Source: the human T2T-CHM13v2.0 reference genome, Homo sapiens
Assembly (NCBI RefSeq): GCF_009914755.1
Contig: NC_060929.1
Reading direction: 5' to 3' (one strand)
DNA length: 64,000 bases
A program made the position numbers and the translations under genes. The notes under the pieces were generated by a model, which was not told the origin of the DNA, ran no database searches, and saw nothing but the letters and a program-made list of their open reading frames with translations. Positions within the stretch are counted from its first letter, which is position 1. Each line of letters opens with the position of its first letter. Positions 1-13,479 of the stretch are shown here, one piece after another.

Positions 1-156
1 AAGAAAAAAAGCAACCCTAATAAAAGACGATGTCAGGTTAGTATCTGATTTGAAATTATATCTTCCTTAGCCCATTTGTGGGAAGTAGTTAGGTGCTTAG
101 GGCCTACAAGCTCCTCAGGGTCTTTCCAAAGTGAGACCTAAAAAGTAACTTATTGA

Positions 157-469
157 AGCCAGGCGCTGTGGCTCATGCCTTTAATCCCAGCACTTTGGGA
201 GACTGAAGTGGGCAGATTGCTTGAGCCCAGGAGTTTGAGACCAGCCTGGACAACATGGCAAAACCCCATCTCCACAAAAATACAAAAAATTAGCTGGGCA
301 TGTTGGCACTTGCCCGTAGTCCCAGCTACTTGGGTGGCTGAGGTGGGACAATCACGTCAGCCTAGGAAGTAGAGGCTGCAGTGAGCCGTGATCATGCCAC
401 TGCATTCCAGCCTGGGTGACAGGAGTGAGACCCTGTCTCAAACAAACAAACAAACAAACAAACCAAAAA
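157..469 (+). mobile_element. Alu (J-like) with (CAAA)n tail
   Basis: Full dimeric Alu sequence. Confidence 0.9.
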
Positions 470-1635
470 TTCAAAATGTGAAAAGAGAACTGGCTGAAGT
501 CAGAATTAAGACAGAGTTAAATGCCTATAAAATATAGTGGTAGCCCGTCTTCATTAATTGTTAACTTTATAAAAATTTTATTACTTTTGAAAATGGGCTG
601 TGGGTGAAGTTTTCTCACTTGGTAAGAATTTTCAATGTGCATAATGATTGCCCCTAAATTTACGGTCATTTATAAATGCAGTGTGTTATTTGATGCCAAA
701 TAATTTCAAAAGCAAAATTGTCAGTTTCAAAAGCCAAATAATTATATGTAAAATTAGACCAGGGTGCATTTAAAAAAAATTACTATGGGGGTGGAATCAG
801 TTCTCTGATAATGGAAGAATGGAGAGATAAGAAGGCCTTAAATGATACTGTGTGAAAGTATTATTTCTGTTATGGTTTATTACAGATCTGCTTATTTCTC
901 AGCTCATCTAATTCTAAGGACTGTTTTGTTCCATGAATACTATAAATAGGGAACAGCTATCACTCAAAATGGGCTCCAAACTATTAACAGCCTTGTGTTG
1001 TTCTAAGCTGATCAGGCTGTAAGAACCTGGTATTTTTATTTTTTCTTTTGCTAAAGCTTGAGTCTGTTATTTGAAGCCCATTTCTAGTACAGTCCCCCTC
1101 CCTGCTTTTCCTTTGCTGCTTTTATGGGTCCTATGTCCTGATGTCCAAAGATATGTCCAGACTTTGCCCCAAATCAGCTTTCATCCCTGAGATTTAGTTA
1201 ATGGACTCATTTTATACACACATACACAGACATACATGCACATATAATGTATATATGTTTCTGTTTTCTCATGTCTTTAAAAAATTGTCTTGCTATATCT
1301 GGGAGCTTTTAGGTACATTAAAAAAGGAAAATAATTTACACCCTTTTAGTGTATTTATACTTTGAATTGTGGAATTAAACATTATGGGATTGTTAAGGAT
1401 TCAAGTCTCAGCATCATCCAAGTGATGAAGTGGGTTGATATTTGGGCCTCCATGGGGTCTGGTGTACTCCACTAAGCCCTTTGGAAGTAAGATACTGGTT
1501 ATCTGTCTTTATGCTCTTTATATCTTAGGAAAGATAAGGCATGCAACTATGATCCAAATAAATCAGAAGAATGAATACTGGGCAGAAGATTTTTGCAAAG
1601 GGCAGAAGTACTGTGTGAAATGAACCATCATTTTA

Positions 1636-1788
1636 TTATTTTTTTCTTTATTTTTATTTTTTTATTTTGTAGAGACAGCATCTTGCTTTGTTGCCCAGGG
1701 TGGTCTCTCAAACTCCTAGCCTTAAGTAATCCTACCACCTTGGCCTCCTAAAGTGCTGGGATTACAGGTGTGAGCCACTGCGCCTGGC
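1636..1788 (-). mobile_element. FLAM/left Alu monomer
   Basis: Alu left arm; TSD TGAACCAT(C/T)ATTTTA at 1621 and 1791. Confidence 0.85.
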
Positions 1789-1874
1789 TGTGAACCATTA
1801 TTTTAAAGGAGAAAATAGTTAATATTATTGGAAATTTAGCATATTAGGATTTAGAATTTAGCATATAATTATTT

Positions 1875-2068
<194 letters not shown>

Positions 2069-2228
2069 TAGATGTTCATGGTATCTCTAAATATGATCTA
2101 TCATGTATGGTTTATAATAAGGATATCTGATGAAGTGTACCTTCAGATAATTATACAAGAAAAACATTTTTCTCACAATATTATATGTTAAATCGCTAGT
2201 TACAATTTTCTCATGGCTACTTGGTACT

Positions 2229-2605
2229 TGTAGCAGTCCATTCTCACGTTGCTATAAAGAACCACTTGAGACTGGGTAATTTATAAAGAAAAGAGGTTTA
2301 ATTGGCTCATGGTTCCACAGGCTGTACAGGAAGCATGGCTGAGGAGGCCTCAGGAAACTTACAATCATGGCGAAAGGCGAAGGGGAAGCAGTGACATCTT
2401 CACAAGCACAAGGCTAGCAGGAGAGAGAGTGAAGGGGGAAGTGCTACACACTTTTAAACAACCAGATATTGTGAGAACTGTCATGAGAACAGCAAGGAGG
2501 AAATCTGGCCTCACAATCTAATCACCTCCCACCAGGTCTCCCCCTCAGCATTGGGGATTACAATTCAACATGAGGTTTGGGTGGGGACACAGCCAAACCA
2601 TATCA
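2229..2605. mobile_element. MaLR solo LTR (MST-like)
   Basis: TG...GAGACTGGGTAATTTATAAAGAAAAGAGGTTTAATTGGCTCA...AAACCATATCA; 5-bp TSD gtact/atact. Confidence 0.85.
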
Positions 2606-2937
2606 ATACTCTATGCTATGGAGAGATCCAGATGGTCTTGGTCCATGTGCCCTGAGATTTTAAGGTTGAAGATAGACACAATGGCAGACATATGTGTGGA
2701 CAATGTACAGATAGCAGAATAAAACACTAAGCCAACACAAGCATGGTGGCAAAGTGTTCTATAAATTTCCTCTAGGGATTTGAAATTAAACATGAATGAC
2801 TATGGTATTATATCTAGATTTGGAGGAGGGGATAGTTAAAGAGAAATGATAATTGGCTGATATAAAATACCATACTAAATTAATATTAGGATTATTTACA
2901 GTCAGTTTTCTAGATAAATGTAATTTGTGAATTATAG

Positions 2938-3277
<340 letters not shown>

Positions 3278-4499
3278 TAAATTTGCTCATTTACAGACTT
3301 ACGTGGACTCTGCTAAAGGTCTTAGACTTTTTAAGGCCCTTCAGAACAATCAGACACCCCTTTTCTGTTGTAAGTTAAGCACAAATGGAACTCTGTCCAA
3401 GTGAAAACTAATTCTCTTTGCTTTTTCTAATTTCTACGGTCAGTGGCAATATCAACAAAAATTCTTACCATCTGAATGTCTCCAATGTGCCTTTTAATAC
3501 CTTATTTTGACTGCATAACTCTGTGTTAACTTGACATTTGCTTAACCAATAAGCCCTTCTTTCAGAGAGTTAGCATTCCTGTTGGTGTTAGACAGCTCTA
3601 AATGATATTTTTATCCTTGAGAAGCACGTTTTATCTAGCTACAGGCATTTGGACCTATATACAAATAGTAAAGTTATTTACTTTTAAGCTTTAACATATG
3701 TAATGTGCTATTTTATATTTACCTAAAACTCCTTCTAAAGAACAGAGTTGATAGTATATAATTCCTACTTAGTGCATTTAGAAATACCATCTGGCTTACC
3801 GCCAGAGTTAACCATGTGTGCGAACTGGGACTCGGAAAAATGAAAACAGCCGTTTGCCCTTCAAGCATTTTCTTTGGGGCTGTCCTTTACTTCAGCAACC
3901 ACTTTTGGGCTGATGACATCCTGAGCTCTGGGTCCAGGCTGCACCTCTCTCGAGCTCCAGGCTCCTGCATCCAAATTTTTATTGAACAGAGATACTTAGA
4001 ATTTACTCTGGCTCCTCAAACTCAGTGTGGCCAAAATTGATCTTATCTTCTTTTACCCTCGACACTGTTTTCCCTGTCACAATGGGTGTCACTCATTGCC
4101 TGGTCAGTACCTGGGAGTCACCTTTTGAGTATTGGTAATTAGTCTGAAATTCAAAGGGCTTTGCTGTTGTAGTATCACTGCAGTCAGGCTCTGTGCCTTC
4201 AGTCTGGGCAGTGCAGTTTTATACACACTGATTTTAGGTTTCTCAGTGTGATACATATCACACAGGGTGATAGATATTGTGGGTATTACAGTGTAGACCA
4301 TTTCTCTGATTAAAGAAAAAGGGAATTTGGCTGACTGAAAAATTTGTTACTTTAACATCTGTACCTGGTTTTTGTAAATGCTTGGTTTGTAGATTGGTAT
4401 ATAAATTTACATGTGTATCCTTATGTACTGATAGTCCATCTCTCTAGGCTCTAGAGAAAGCCTCTGGGCTAGAATTAAGGATGTTCCTTAATTACAGTT

Positions 4500-5010
4500 A
4501 GAGGAGCTATAACACTGCCTCCAACCCATAAGATCCCTGGGTGTCCATTCCCTCCAGAGGTGTCTGTAATCCAGACTTTGAAGATGATAATTTCCTTGCT
4601 TTTAGTTGGAGCTTCTAGTTCCAGCCTTGCCACCTTAAACGTTATATACAAATGTAAATATAGTGTGTGTATTCTTTTGGGTTTTGCTCCTTTTGTTTAC
4701 CATTTTGTATGTGAGATTTATTTACATGTGTCGCTGTAGTTCTCTCATTGCCTTTTCCTATTTCATTTTATGATCTACAGTTTATTCATTCCTGTTGATG
4801 GACATGTGCATTCTTTCTAGTTTACAGTTGTACAGAGAATGCTGCTGTAAATATTTTTGTATGTCTTGTATCGTATACAAATGCCTGAGTTTCTCCAGAG
4901 TATATCCTTGGGGGAGGAATTGCTGAATTATAGGGTGTGGATACTTCAACATTCCTAGATAATGCCTTGCTGTTGTCAGAAGTGGCTTTCCATCAGTAGT
5001 ATATGAACAT
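4500..5010 (-). mobile_element. Old L1 (L1ME-like) 3' fragment
   Basis: Degenerate TTTATTCATTCCTGTTGATGGACAT / GGAATTGCTG motifs. Confidence 0.55.
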
Positions 5011-5429
5011 AGGGATTGGTGATTTTTCCTCTTTTTAGCTAATGCAGCCTGTAACTAGCCCCCATGGCTTTCATAAGCATCCGTAGTGGCTAACAGTGTG
5101 GATTGGGGAGTAGTCAGATTTCCTGGGTTTGAATCTTGACTCTACTCCATTGTCACTCTGGGACCTTGGCTAGAAACTTCCTATCACTTCTCCAAACCAT
5201 GATCTTTTCCAGTTTATCTTTGCTATTATTGGCTTAGGATGTTAGGGAGCAGGTTCAAGTTGGCATGATTATTCTACTGGATAGACTGTCTACTTGGGCT
5301 TCATTCAGAGTTTGATAAAGTATACATTTTATGTGTTACTTTGATGTATGAAGTAGTAATTTACTACAGTACTGGTGGTCTGGTTACTAGGACCATGTCA
5401 CTTGTTACTTTGAGTGATAACTACTATTT

Positions 5430-5620
5430 GTACAGTGCTTTATAGTTTACAAATAATTCCTGTTTATTTTATAATTTGATCCTTACAATAACCTTATGAG
5501 AGAAGTAGGCTGGTTTGGTTCCATTTACAGAGGAAGAAACTGAGGCCTGGCAGTGTTTGGTAACTTGCCATAGTCACTCCGTTAGGTATATTAACTCCAG
5601 GCCTTGTATTCAGGGCGGCT
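5430..5620 (-). mobile_element. MIR
   Basis: CCATTTACAGAGGAAGAAACTGAGGC core. Confidence 0.7.
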
Positions 5621-5836
5621 CTCGGAAATCTGATTTATAGTATCATTTAGATATCTGTGAGTCTGACTCTTCGTGTAAGAGTCCTGAAAAGCAGACAGGT
5701 TTCTAACACTTTAGAAATAGAGTACATACATACTCCCGAGTGTATCATCTTTACTTTTTCCATGTTTATGCTGTGTTATAGCCATAACTGGGGAAATACA
5801 TTTTTTCTGTAACATTATATTTGTATTTGTTTTTAG

Positions 5837-6004
<168 letters not shown>

Positions 6005-6160
6005 TAAGTTGGCACATCACTGGAATATAATACCGATTCTGAAACTTAGGTTTAGTTCCAAAACTGATACTTATTAAAGTTGCTAAAAATAGTTTTTACT
6101 TACAAAAATTATATTTCCACTGTAGTAGTGGAAATTTAAAAAAAAAAGTAAAACAACAAA

Positions 6161-6285
6161 GCTGGGCATGGTGGCACATGCATGTAATCTCAGCCACTTG
6201 GGAGGCTGAGGAGGAAGGATTGCTTGAGCCCCGGAATCTGAGACCAGCCTGGGCAACTAAGGTGAGATCTCATATCTAAAAAACA
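6161..6285 (+). mobile_element. FLAM/Alu monomer
   Basis: Single Alu arm with short A tail. Confidence 0.8.
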
Positions 6286-6889
6286 AATAGAAGAAACACC
6301 ACCTACCCCTACTATCACCTTAATGTAGAACTTTAGAAGGCAGTCTTTTTGAAGAGGTTTCTGATATTTAATGATATTATTTGATAATTATGGGGTTTAT
6401 GATATTTAATTATTGGTAATCTTCAGTTTCTAGAGATAATTTAGAGTTCACTTCTTACAAAGTTTATGTAACTTTGGAGATGCTTTGTCTGTGCTGCAAG
6501 TTTCAATTCATGGCTGTGTCCAGTGGTTTTGTTTACTGGATCTAAGATCAGACCACTTACGTATGAAGCAGTGTGCTAGGCGCTGTGCGTACAGAGGAAG
6601 AAGATGTGGTTATGATATATGTCTGGCAGAGTTTACAACCTCACATGAGAGTCAGATGTGTGCATACCTAACTGGACTTAAAGGCATGATGTATTAAGTG
6701 CTAAACGTGAAGGTGCCTTGTTGGAAAGACTCCGTACTGCCACCTGGAGTGTGGTGGGAAAGAGACCAGAAAGGTGTGCTGGGGCTTCAGCGAAGTAGAC
6801 TGTATATTGACGAATTTGGACTTTGGACTAGGCAGAGAAGCCCATGAGGATTTTCATGTAGTAGGTAGACAAATCATTTAGAAAATCGA

Positions 6890-7183
6890 GGCCAGGCACG
6901 GTGGCTCACGCCTGTAATCCTAGCACTTTGGGAGGCTGAGGCGGGTGGATCACCTGAGGTCAGCAGTTCAAGACAGCTTGGCCAAAACCCCGTTTCTACT
7001 AAAAAAAAAAAATACAAAAATTAGCTGGGTGTGGTGGCAGACACCTGTATTCCCAGCTACCCCGGAGGCTGAGGCAGGATAATCGCTTGAACTTGGGAAG
7101 CAGAGGTTGCAATGAGCCAAGATCACACCACTTCACTCCAGCCTGGGCGAAAGAGCAAGACTCTTATCTCAAAAAAAAAAAAA
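6890..7183 (+). mobile_element. AluS
   Basis: Full Alu; TSD AGAAAATC. Confidence 0.9.
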
Positions 7184-7767
7184 GAAAATCAAACTGATTG
7201 ATTAAGTGAAGTTCCATATGTTTCTTTGTCCTTAGTGTTGTGTTCATTTTCATTTGAATTTAATTTCTTTCGAAGTAGCTTTCATAATTTGTTTTTCTGA
7301 TTATAAAACTAATATATGTTCATTCAGAAGACAAAAAAAAAAGGATAAATTCATAAGTTGAATTCTGTAACCCAGAGAAAATGACTGTTAAACATTTTGG
7401 CACATTATTTCCGTGTGTGTATATCACTTTTTTCCATTTGTGAACTTGCATTCCTGCTGCAAAATCACTTTTCTATTCTGTGGTTTTTTTTTTTTTAACT
7501 TTACAATTCCCCATTTTTAAAAACTTTATTGCAGAACATTTCAAACATACACAAAATTATACAGAATAGTGTCATGAACTCCTGTCACTCTATTAGCCAG
7601 CTTCAGCATTTCTCAGGACCATTCTCATTTTTCTACACTCCCTCCCCTTTTCTCTCTCCCTTGATTATTGGCTTTGAAGCAAATCCTAGGGAGCATCAGT
7701 TTATCCTCTAATATTTCAGTAGGTACCCTTAAAAACAAAATAAGTACATGACATTGTCATATAAGTG

Positions 7768-8469
7768 TATCATAATTTATCCATTCCATTTTTATTATAT
7801 TCATTTTTCCAGTATTATAAATACTGTTATGATGAATATCCATATACAGAAATACTCATGTGCGTTTCTGATGATTTCCTTAAGATAAATTCCTGAAAAT
7901 GGAATTAACTGGATCAGAAGGTATGAATGTTTATAAAGCTCTTGATTGCTTGCTAGAAATGGTAATATCAATTTATACTTCTACCAGTATAGTCTAGGAG
8001 GGTTCTTTGAACCTTTGCTCACATTGAGGGTGATCATTTAAATAATCTTTGCCAGTCACATAGATGAAAAATTTTGCATCAAATCTCTTCATTTTGATCT
8101 TAATCCTTTTCTGACCATGTGTTCAAACTTGAATAATTAAAAGTCAAACAGTAAACTTGTAAGGAGAGCTGCTTTTACAGAACTAAAAAAATTAATAAAA
8201 TCTGGAAAAAAATTTTTAAAGGTAGGCTTCTATATTGTATTTTCAATATTTCCTATCATTTCCTTGCTAGAAATGGTAATATGAGAAATGGTGATCAAGA
8301 GCTTTATAAACATTCATACCCTCTGATCCAGTTAATTCCATTTTCAGGAATTTATCTTAAGGAAATCATCAGAAATGCACATGAATATTTCTATATATGG
8401 ATATTCATCATAACAGTATTTGTAATACTGAAAAAATGAATATAGAAATGGAATGGATAAATTATGATA
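7768..8469. repeat. Long inverted repeat (arms 7768-7946 and 8294-8469)
   Basis: Manual alignment: ~7 substitutions and one 3-bp indel over ~177 bp; 347-bp spacer. Confidence 0.92.
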
Positions 8470-8526
8470 AATTATGATAAATGGATAAATTATGATTTCC
8501 TGTCTTTGATTTAGTTCATTTTTCTT

Positions 8527-8584
8527 TATATTTTATTAACTTAGTATATATTTTATTAACTTAGTATATATTTTATTAATTTAG
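8527..8584. repeat. 20-bp tandem repeat x ~2.9
   Basis: TATATTTTATTAACTTAGTA repeated. Confidence 0.9.
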
Positions 8585-9099
8585 ATTGAGTAAAGTCAAT
8601 CAATTTTATCAACACATTCATTTTTTTGTTTTCTGCTTAATTTTATAAAATAACAATGGCGAAATTCAATAAAATATCAAAATATTTCATAATGACATTG
8701 TCAAAAGTGAATTTTTGTTTGTCAAGCAGCATTCATTGACTGGTGATATTCCTAAATGTTTGTTCATCACATGAGATTTAAAAGCTTGAATTTGGCATAT
8801 CAAAGATAATTTAGGTGTCTTATGTGGGTTTTACCAAATTTAATGCCTGCTTTTGTCTTATTTTAATTTGAATTTCTCTAGTTAGCATTGTAAATAATTT
8901 TCTCTATGTTTACTGACCGTGTGTAATTTTTCAATCTTTGCACTTTTTTTTGTATCCTTTGATCATTTTCACTTTATTTGCATATTGGACTAAGCGAAGT
9001 CAAAAGTTAAATCTGCATTTCTGTGGAGTTCCTACAGCTAATTTATATCTATGGACAGAATGAAGTAGAGGAAATTCAAAAGTTAGCAGGGGTCAAACA

Positions 9100-9290
9100 G
9101 TGTGGACTCTTGTGACTCAGGGTTTGAGTTGGAAAACTAGCTCTTCCCTTTAGTGACTTTGAGTAAGTTATCTACTGTATTGTCCTTCAGTGTCCTTTAT
9201 ATTGGGGGTATTAAGAGTGCTTACCTCATGGGGTTGTTGTGAGGATTAAATAAGTTAATATAGGTAAAGCGCCTGAAATAGTACCTGCTG
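9100..9290 (+). mobile_element. MIR
   Basis: TACCTCATGGGGTTGTTGTGAGGATTAAATAAGTTAATA. Confidence 0.7.
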
Positions 9291-9347
9291 TAGAAGGCTC
9301 TCTGTAAGAGGAAGTTTTTTTTTTTATATTTTAATTAAATTTTCTGT

Positions 9348-9493
9348 GGCTGGGCGCAGTGGCTTATGCTTGTAATCCCAGCAGTTTGGGAGGCCAAGTC
9401 AGGCGGATCACAAGATCAGGAGTTCGAGACCAGCCTGACCAACATGGTGAAACCCCATCTCTACTAAAAATACAAAAATTAGCCAGGCATGGC
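9348..9493 (+). mobile_element. AluS, 3'-truncated (left arm + linker only)
   Basis: Ends at ATTAGCCAGGCATGGC without right arm or tail. Confidence 0.85.
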
Positions 9494-12400
9494 TAAAGTT
9501 TTTTGTAGGTACATAATAGATGTATATATTTATGGGTTACATGAGATACTTTCATACAGGCATACAATGCATAATAATTACATCAGGGTAAATGGGGTAT
9601 CCATCTCCTCAAGCATTTATCCTTTGTGTTACAAACAACCCAATTATACTCTTTTAGTTATTTTAAAATGTACAATTAAATGATTTTTGACTGTAGTCAT
9701 TCTGTTGCACTATCAAATGCTAGGTCTTATTCTTTCTATTTTTTTTGTACCCATTAACCATCCCCAGTTCCCTTCTCAGCCTCTGGTAGCCATCTTTCTA
9801 CTCTCTATCTCCATGAGTTCAGTTGTTTTAATTTTTAGCTCCCACAAGTAGGTGAGAACATGCAAAGTTTATCTTTCTGTGCCTGGCTTATTTCATGTAA
9901 AATAATGACCTCCAGTTCCATCCATGTTGTTGCAAATGACAGGATCTCATTCCTTTTCATGGCAGAATGCTACTCCATTGTATATATGTACTACATTTTC
10001 TTTACCCATTTGTCTGCTGACAGACACCTGGGTGCTCGCAAATCTTAGCTCTTGTGAATAGTGCTGTAGTAAACATGGGAGTGCACATATCTCTTCTATA
10101 TACTGATTTCCCTTCTTTTGAGTATATATCTAGCAGTGGGATTGCTGGATCATGTGGTAGTTCTATTTTTAGTTTTTTGGTAGTTTTTTTTCAAACTACT
10201 CTCCATAGTGGTTGTACTAATTTACATTCCCACCAACAGTCTGTGAGGGTTCCCTTTTCTCCACATCCTCACCAGCATTTATTATTGCATGTCTTTGGAT
10301 AAAAGCCATTTTAACTGAGGTGAGATGGTATCTCATTGTAGTTTTGATTTGGATTTCTGTAATGAACGATGGTGTTGAGAGCTTTTCACATACCAGGCTG
10401 CCATTGTATGTCTTCTTTTGAGAAATGTCTATTCAATTTGTCTATTTTTAAATTGGATAATTAGATTTTTCCTGTAGAGTTGTTTGAGCTCCTTATATAT
10501 TGTGGTTATTAATCCCTTGTCACATGGGTGGTCTACATACATTTTCTTCCATTCCATGGGTTGTCTCTTCACTTTGTTGATTGTTTCTGTTGCTGTGCAG
10601 AAGCTTTTTAACTTCATGTGATCCCATTTGTCCATCTTTGCTTTGGTTGCCCTATTAAGAAATCTTTGCCCAGTTCAGTGTTCTGGAGAGTTTCCCCAAT
10701 GTTTTATTTTAGTCATTTCATAGTGTGACATTTTAGATTTAAGTCTTTAATCCATTTTTGATTTGATTTTTGTATATGGTGAGAGATAGGGTCTAGTTTC
10801 ATTGTTCTGCATATGGATGTCCAGTTTTCCCAGCACCATTTGTTGAAAAGATTCTTTCCTCAGTGTATGTTCTTGGCACCATTGTCAAAAATGAGTTCAC
10901 TGTAGATGTATGGATTTATTTCTGGGTTTTCTGTTCTGTTCCAGTGGTCTGTGTGTCTGTTTTTATGCCAGTACCATGCCATTTTGGTTACTATAGCTCT
11001 GTAGTATAATTTGAAGTCAGGTAATGTGATACCTCCAATTTTGTCCTTTTTGCTTAGGATATATTTGGCTATTCTGAGTCTTTCGTTGCTCATATACATT
11101 TTAGGCTAATTTTTTCCATTTCTGTGAAAAATGTCACTGATATTTTGATAGGGATTGCGTTGAATCTGTAGATTGCTTTGGGTAGTATGGATGTTTGAAC
11201 TATTCTTCCAATTCATGAACATGTAATATCTTTCCCTTTTTTGTGTGTTCTCTTCAATGTTTTACATCAGTGTTTTATAGTTTTCATTGTAGAGATCTTT
11301 CACTTCTTTGGTTAACTCCTAGATATTTTATTTTATTTGTAGCTATTGTAAATGGGATTACTTTTTTGATTTCTTTTTCATATTGTTCACTGTTAGCATA
11401 TAGAAATGCTGCTGGTTTTTTGTATGTTGATTTTGTGTCCTGCAACTTTACTGAATTTGTTTGATCAGTTCTGACAGTTTTTTGGTAGTCTTTAGGTTTT
11501 TCCAAATGTAAGTTCATCTCATCTGCAAACAAGAATAATTAGACGTCCTCCTTTCCAATTTGGATGCCCTTTATTTCTTTGTCTTGTCTGATTGCCCTAG
11601 TTAGGACTATTATGTTGAATAGCAGTGGTGGTAGTGGGCATCATTATCGTACTTAGAGGAAAGGCTTGCAATATTTCTCAATTCAGTATGATAATAGCTG
11701 TGGGTCTGTTTTATATGTTGCTTTTGTTATGTTGAGGTATGTTCCTTCTATACCCAGTTGTTTGAGAGTTTTTATTATGAAGCGTTGTTGAATTTTATCA
11801 AATCCTTTTTCAGCATCAAATGAAATGATTATGTGTTTTTTTTTCTTCATTCTGTTAATATGATGTATCATAGTGACTGATTTGCATATGTTGAACCGTC
11901 TTTGCATCTCTGTGATAAATTCTACTTGGTCATGATAAATGATATTTTTAATGTGTTGTTGAATTCAGTTTGCTAGTATTTTGCTGAGGATTTTCGCATC
12001 AATATTCATCAAGAGATATTGGCCTCTAATTTTCTTTATTTGATATGAATTTGTCTCATTCTGGTATCAGGGTAATACTGGCCTCGTAGAATGAGTTTGG
12101 AAGTATTCTCCTTTTTTTTTTTTTTTTTTTTTTCCCAGAATAGTTTGAGGAAAATGGGTCTAGTTCTTTAAATGTTTGGTAGGATTCAGCAGTGAAGCTA
12201 TTGGGTCCTGGGCTTTTCTTTGCTGGGAGACTTTATTATGGCTTCAATCTCGTTACTTGTTATTGGTCTGTTCAGGTTTTGGATTTCTTCGTGGTTCAAT
12301 CTTGGTGGATTGTGTGTGTTTAGGAATTTATCCATTTCTTCTAGATTTTCGGATTTATTGGCATATGGTTGCTCATAGTAACCACTAATGATCCTTTGAA

Positions 12401-13089
12401 TTCCTGTAGTATCAGTAGTAATGTCTTCTTTCTCATCTCTAATTTTGTTTATTTGGGGTTTCTCTCTTTTTTCACAGTCTGGGAAAGTCTTACCAATTTT
12501 ATCTTTTCAAAAAACTAACTTTTGGTTTGTTGATCTTTTGTATTTTCTTTGTTTCAGTTTCATTTATTTCTGCTCTGATTTTTATTTTTATTTTATATTA
12601 ATTTTGGGTTTGGTTTGCTCTTGCTTTTCTAGTTCTTCAAGGTTTATCATTTGGTTATTTATTTGAAATGTTTCCTCTTTTTTCATGTAGGTGCTTTTAG
12701 CTATAAACTTCCCTCTTAGTACAGCCGTCACTGTATCACATAGGTTTTGGTATGTGTTTTCATTATCATTTGTTTCAAGAAATTTTTAAATTTCCTTGTT
12801 GATCTCTTCATTGACCCACTGGCCATTCAGGAGCATATTGTTTAATTTCCATGTGTTTGTATAGTTTCCAAAATTATTCTTGTTTTCGATTTCTAGTTTT
12901 ATTTCATTGTGGTCAGAGAAGATTCTTGATATTATTTCAGTTTTTTGAATGTTTTAAGACTTGTTTTGTGACCTAACATATGATCTAATCTCGAGAATGT
13001 TTAGATCATTCATGCTATAATGATCAGATCCTCTACATGCTGAGGAAAAGAAAGTGTATTCTGCAACCATTGAATGAAATGTTCTCTAA

Positions 13090-13479
<390 letters not shown>

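Noticed and set aside
58-66. ATATCTTCC as the U12 donor
   Set aside because: Imperfect match to ATATCCTT, and upstream sequence does not encode MSH3 peptide; true donor must be outside the window
10429-11907. Reverse transcriptase-like ORFs
   Set aside because: Fragments of a dead, 5'-truncated L1 ORF2 with many stops and frameshifts
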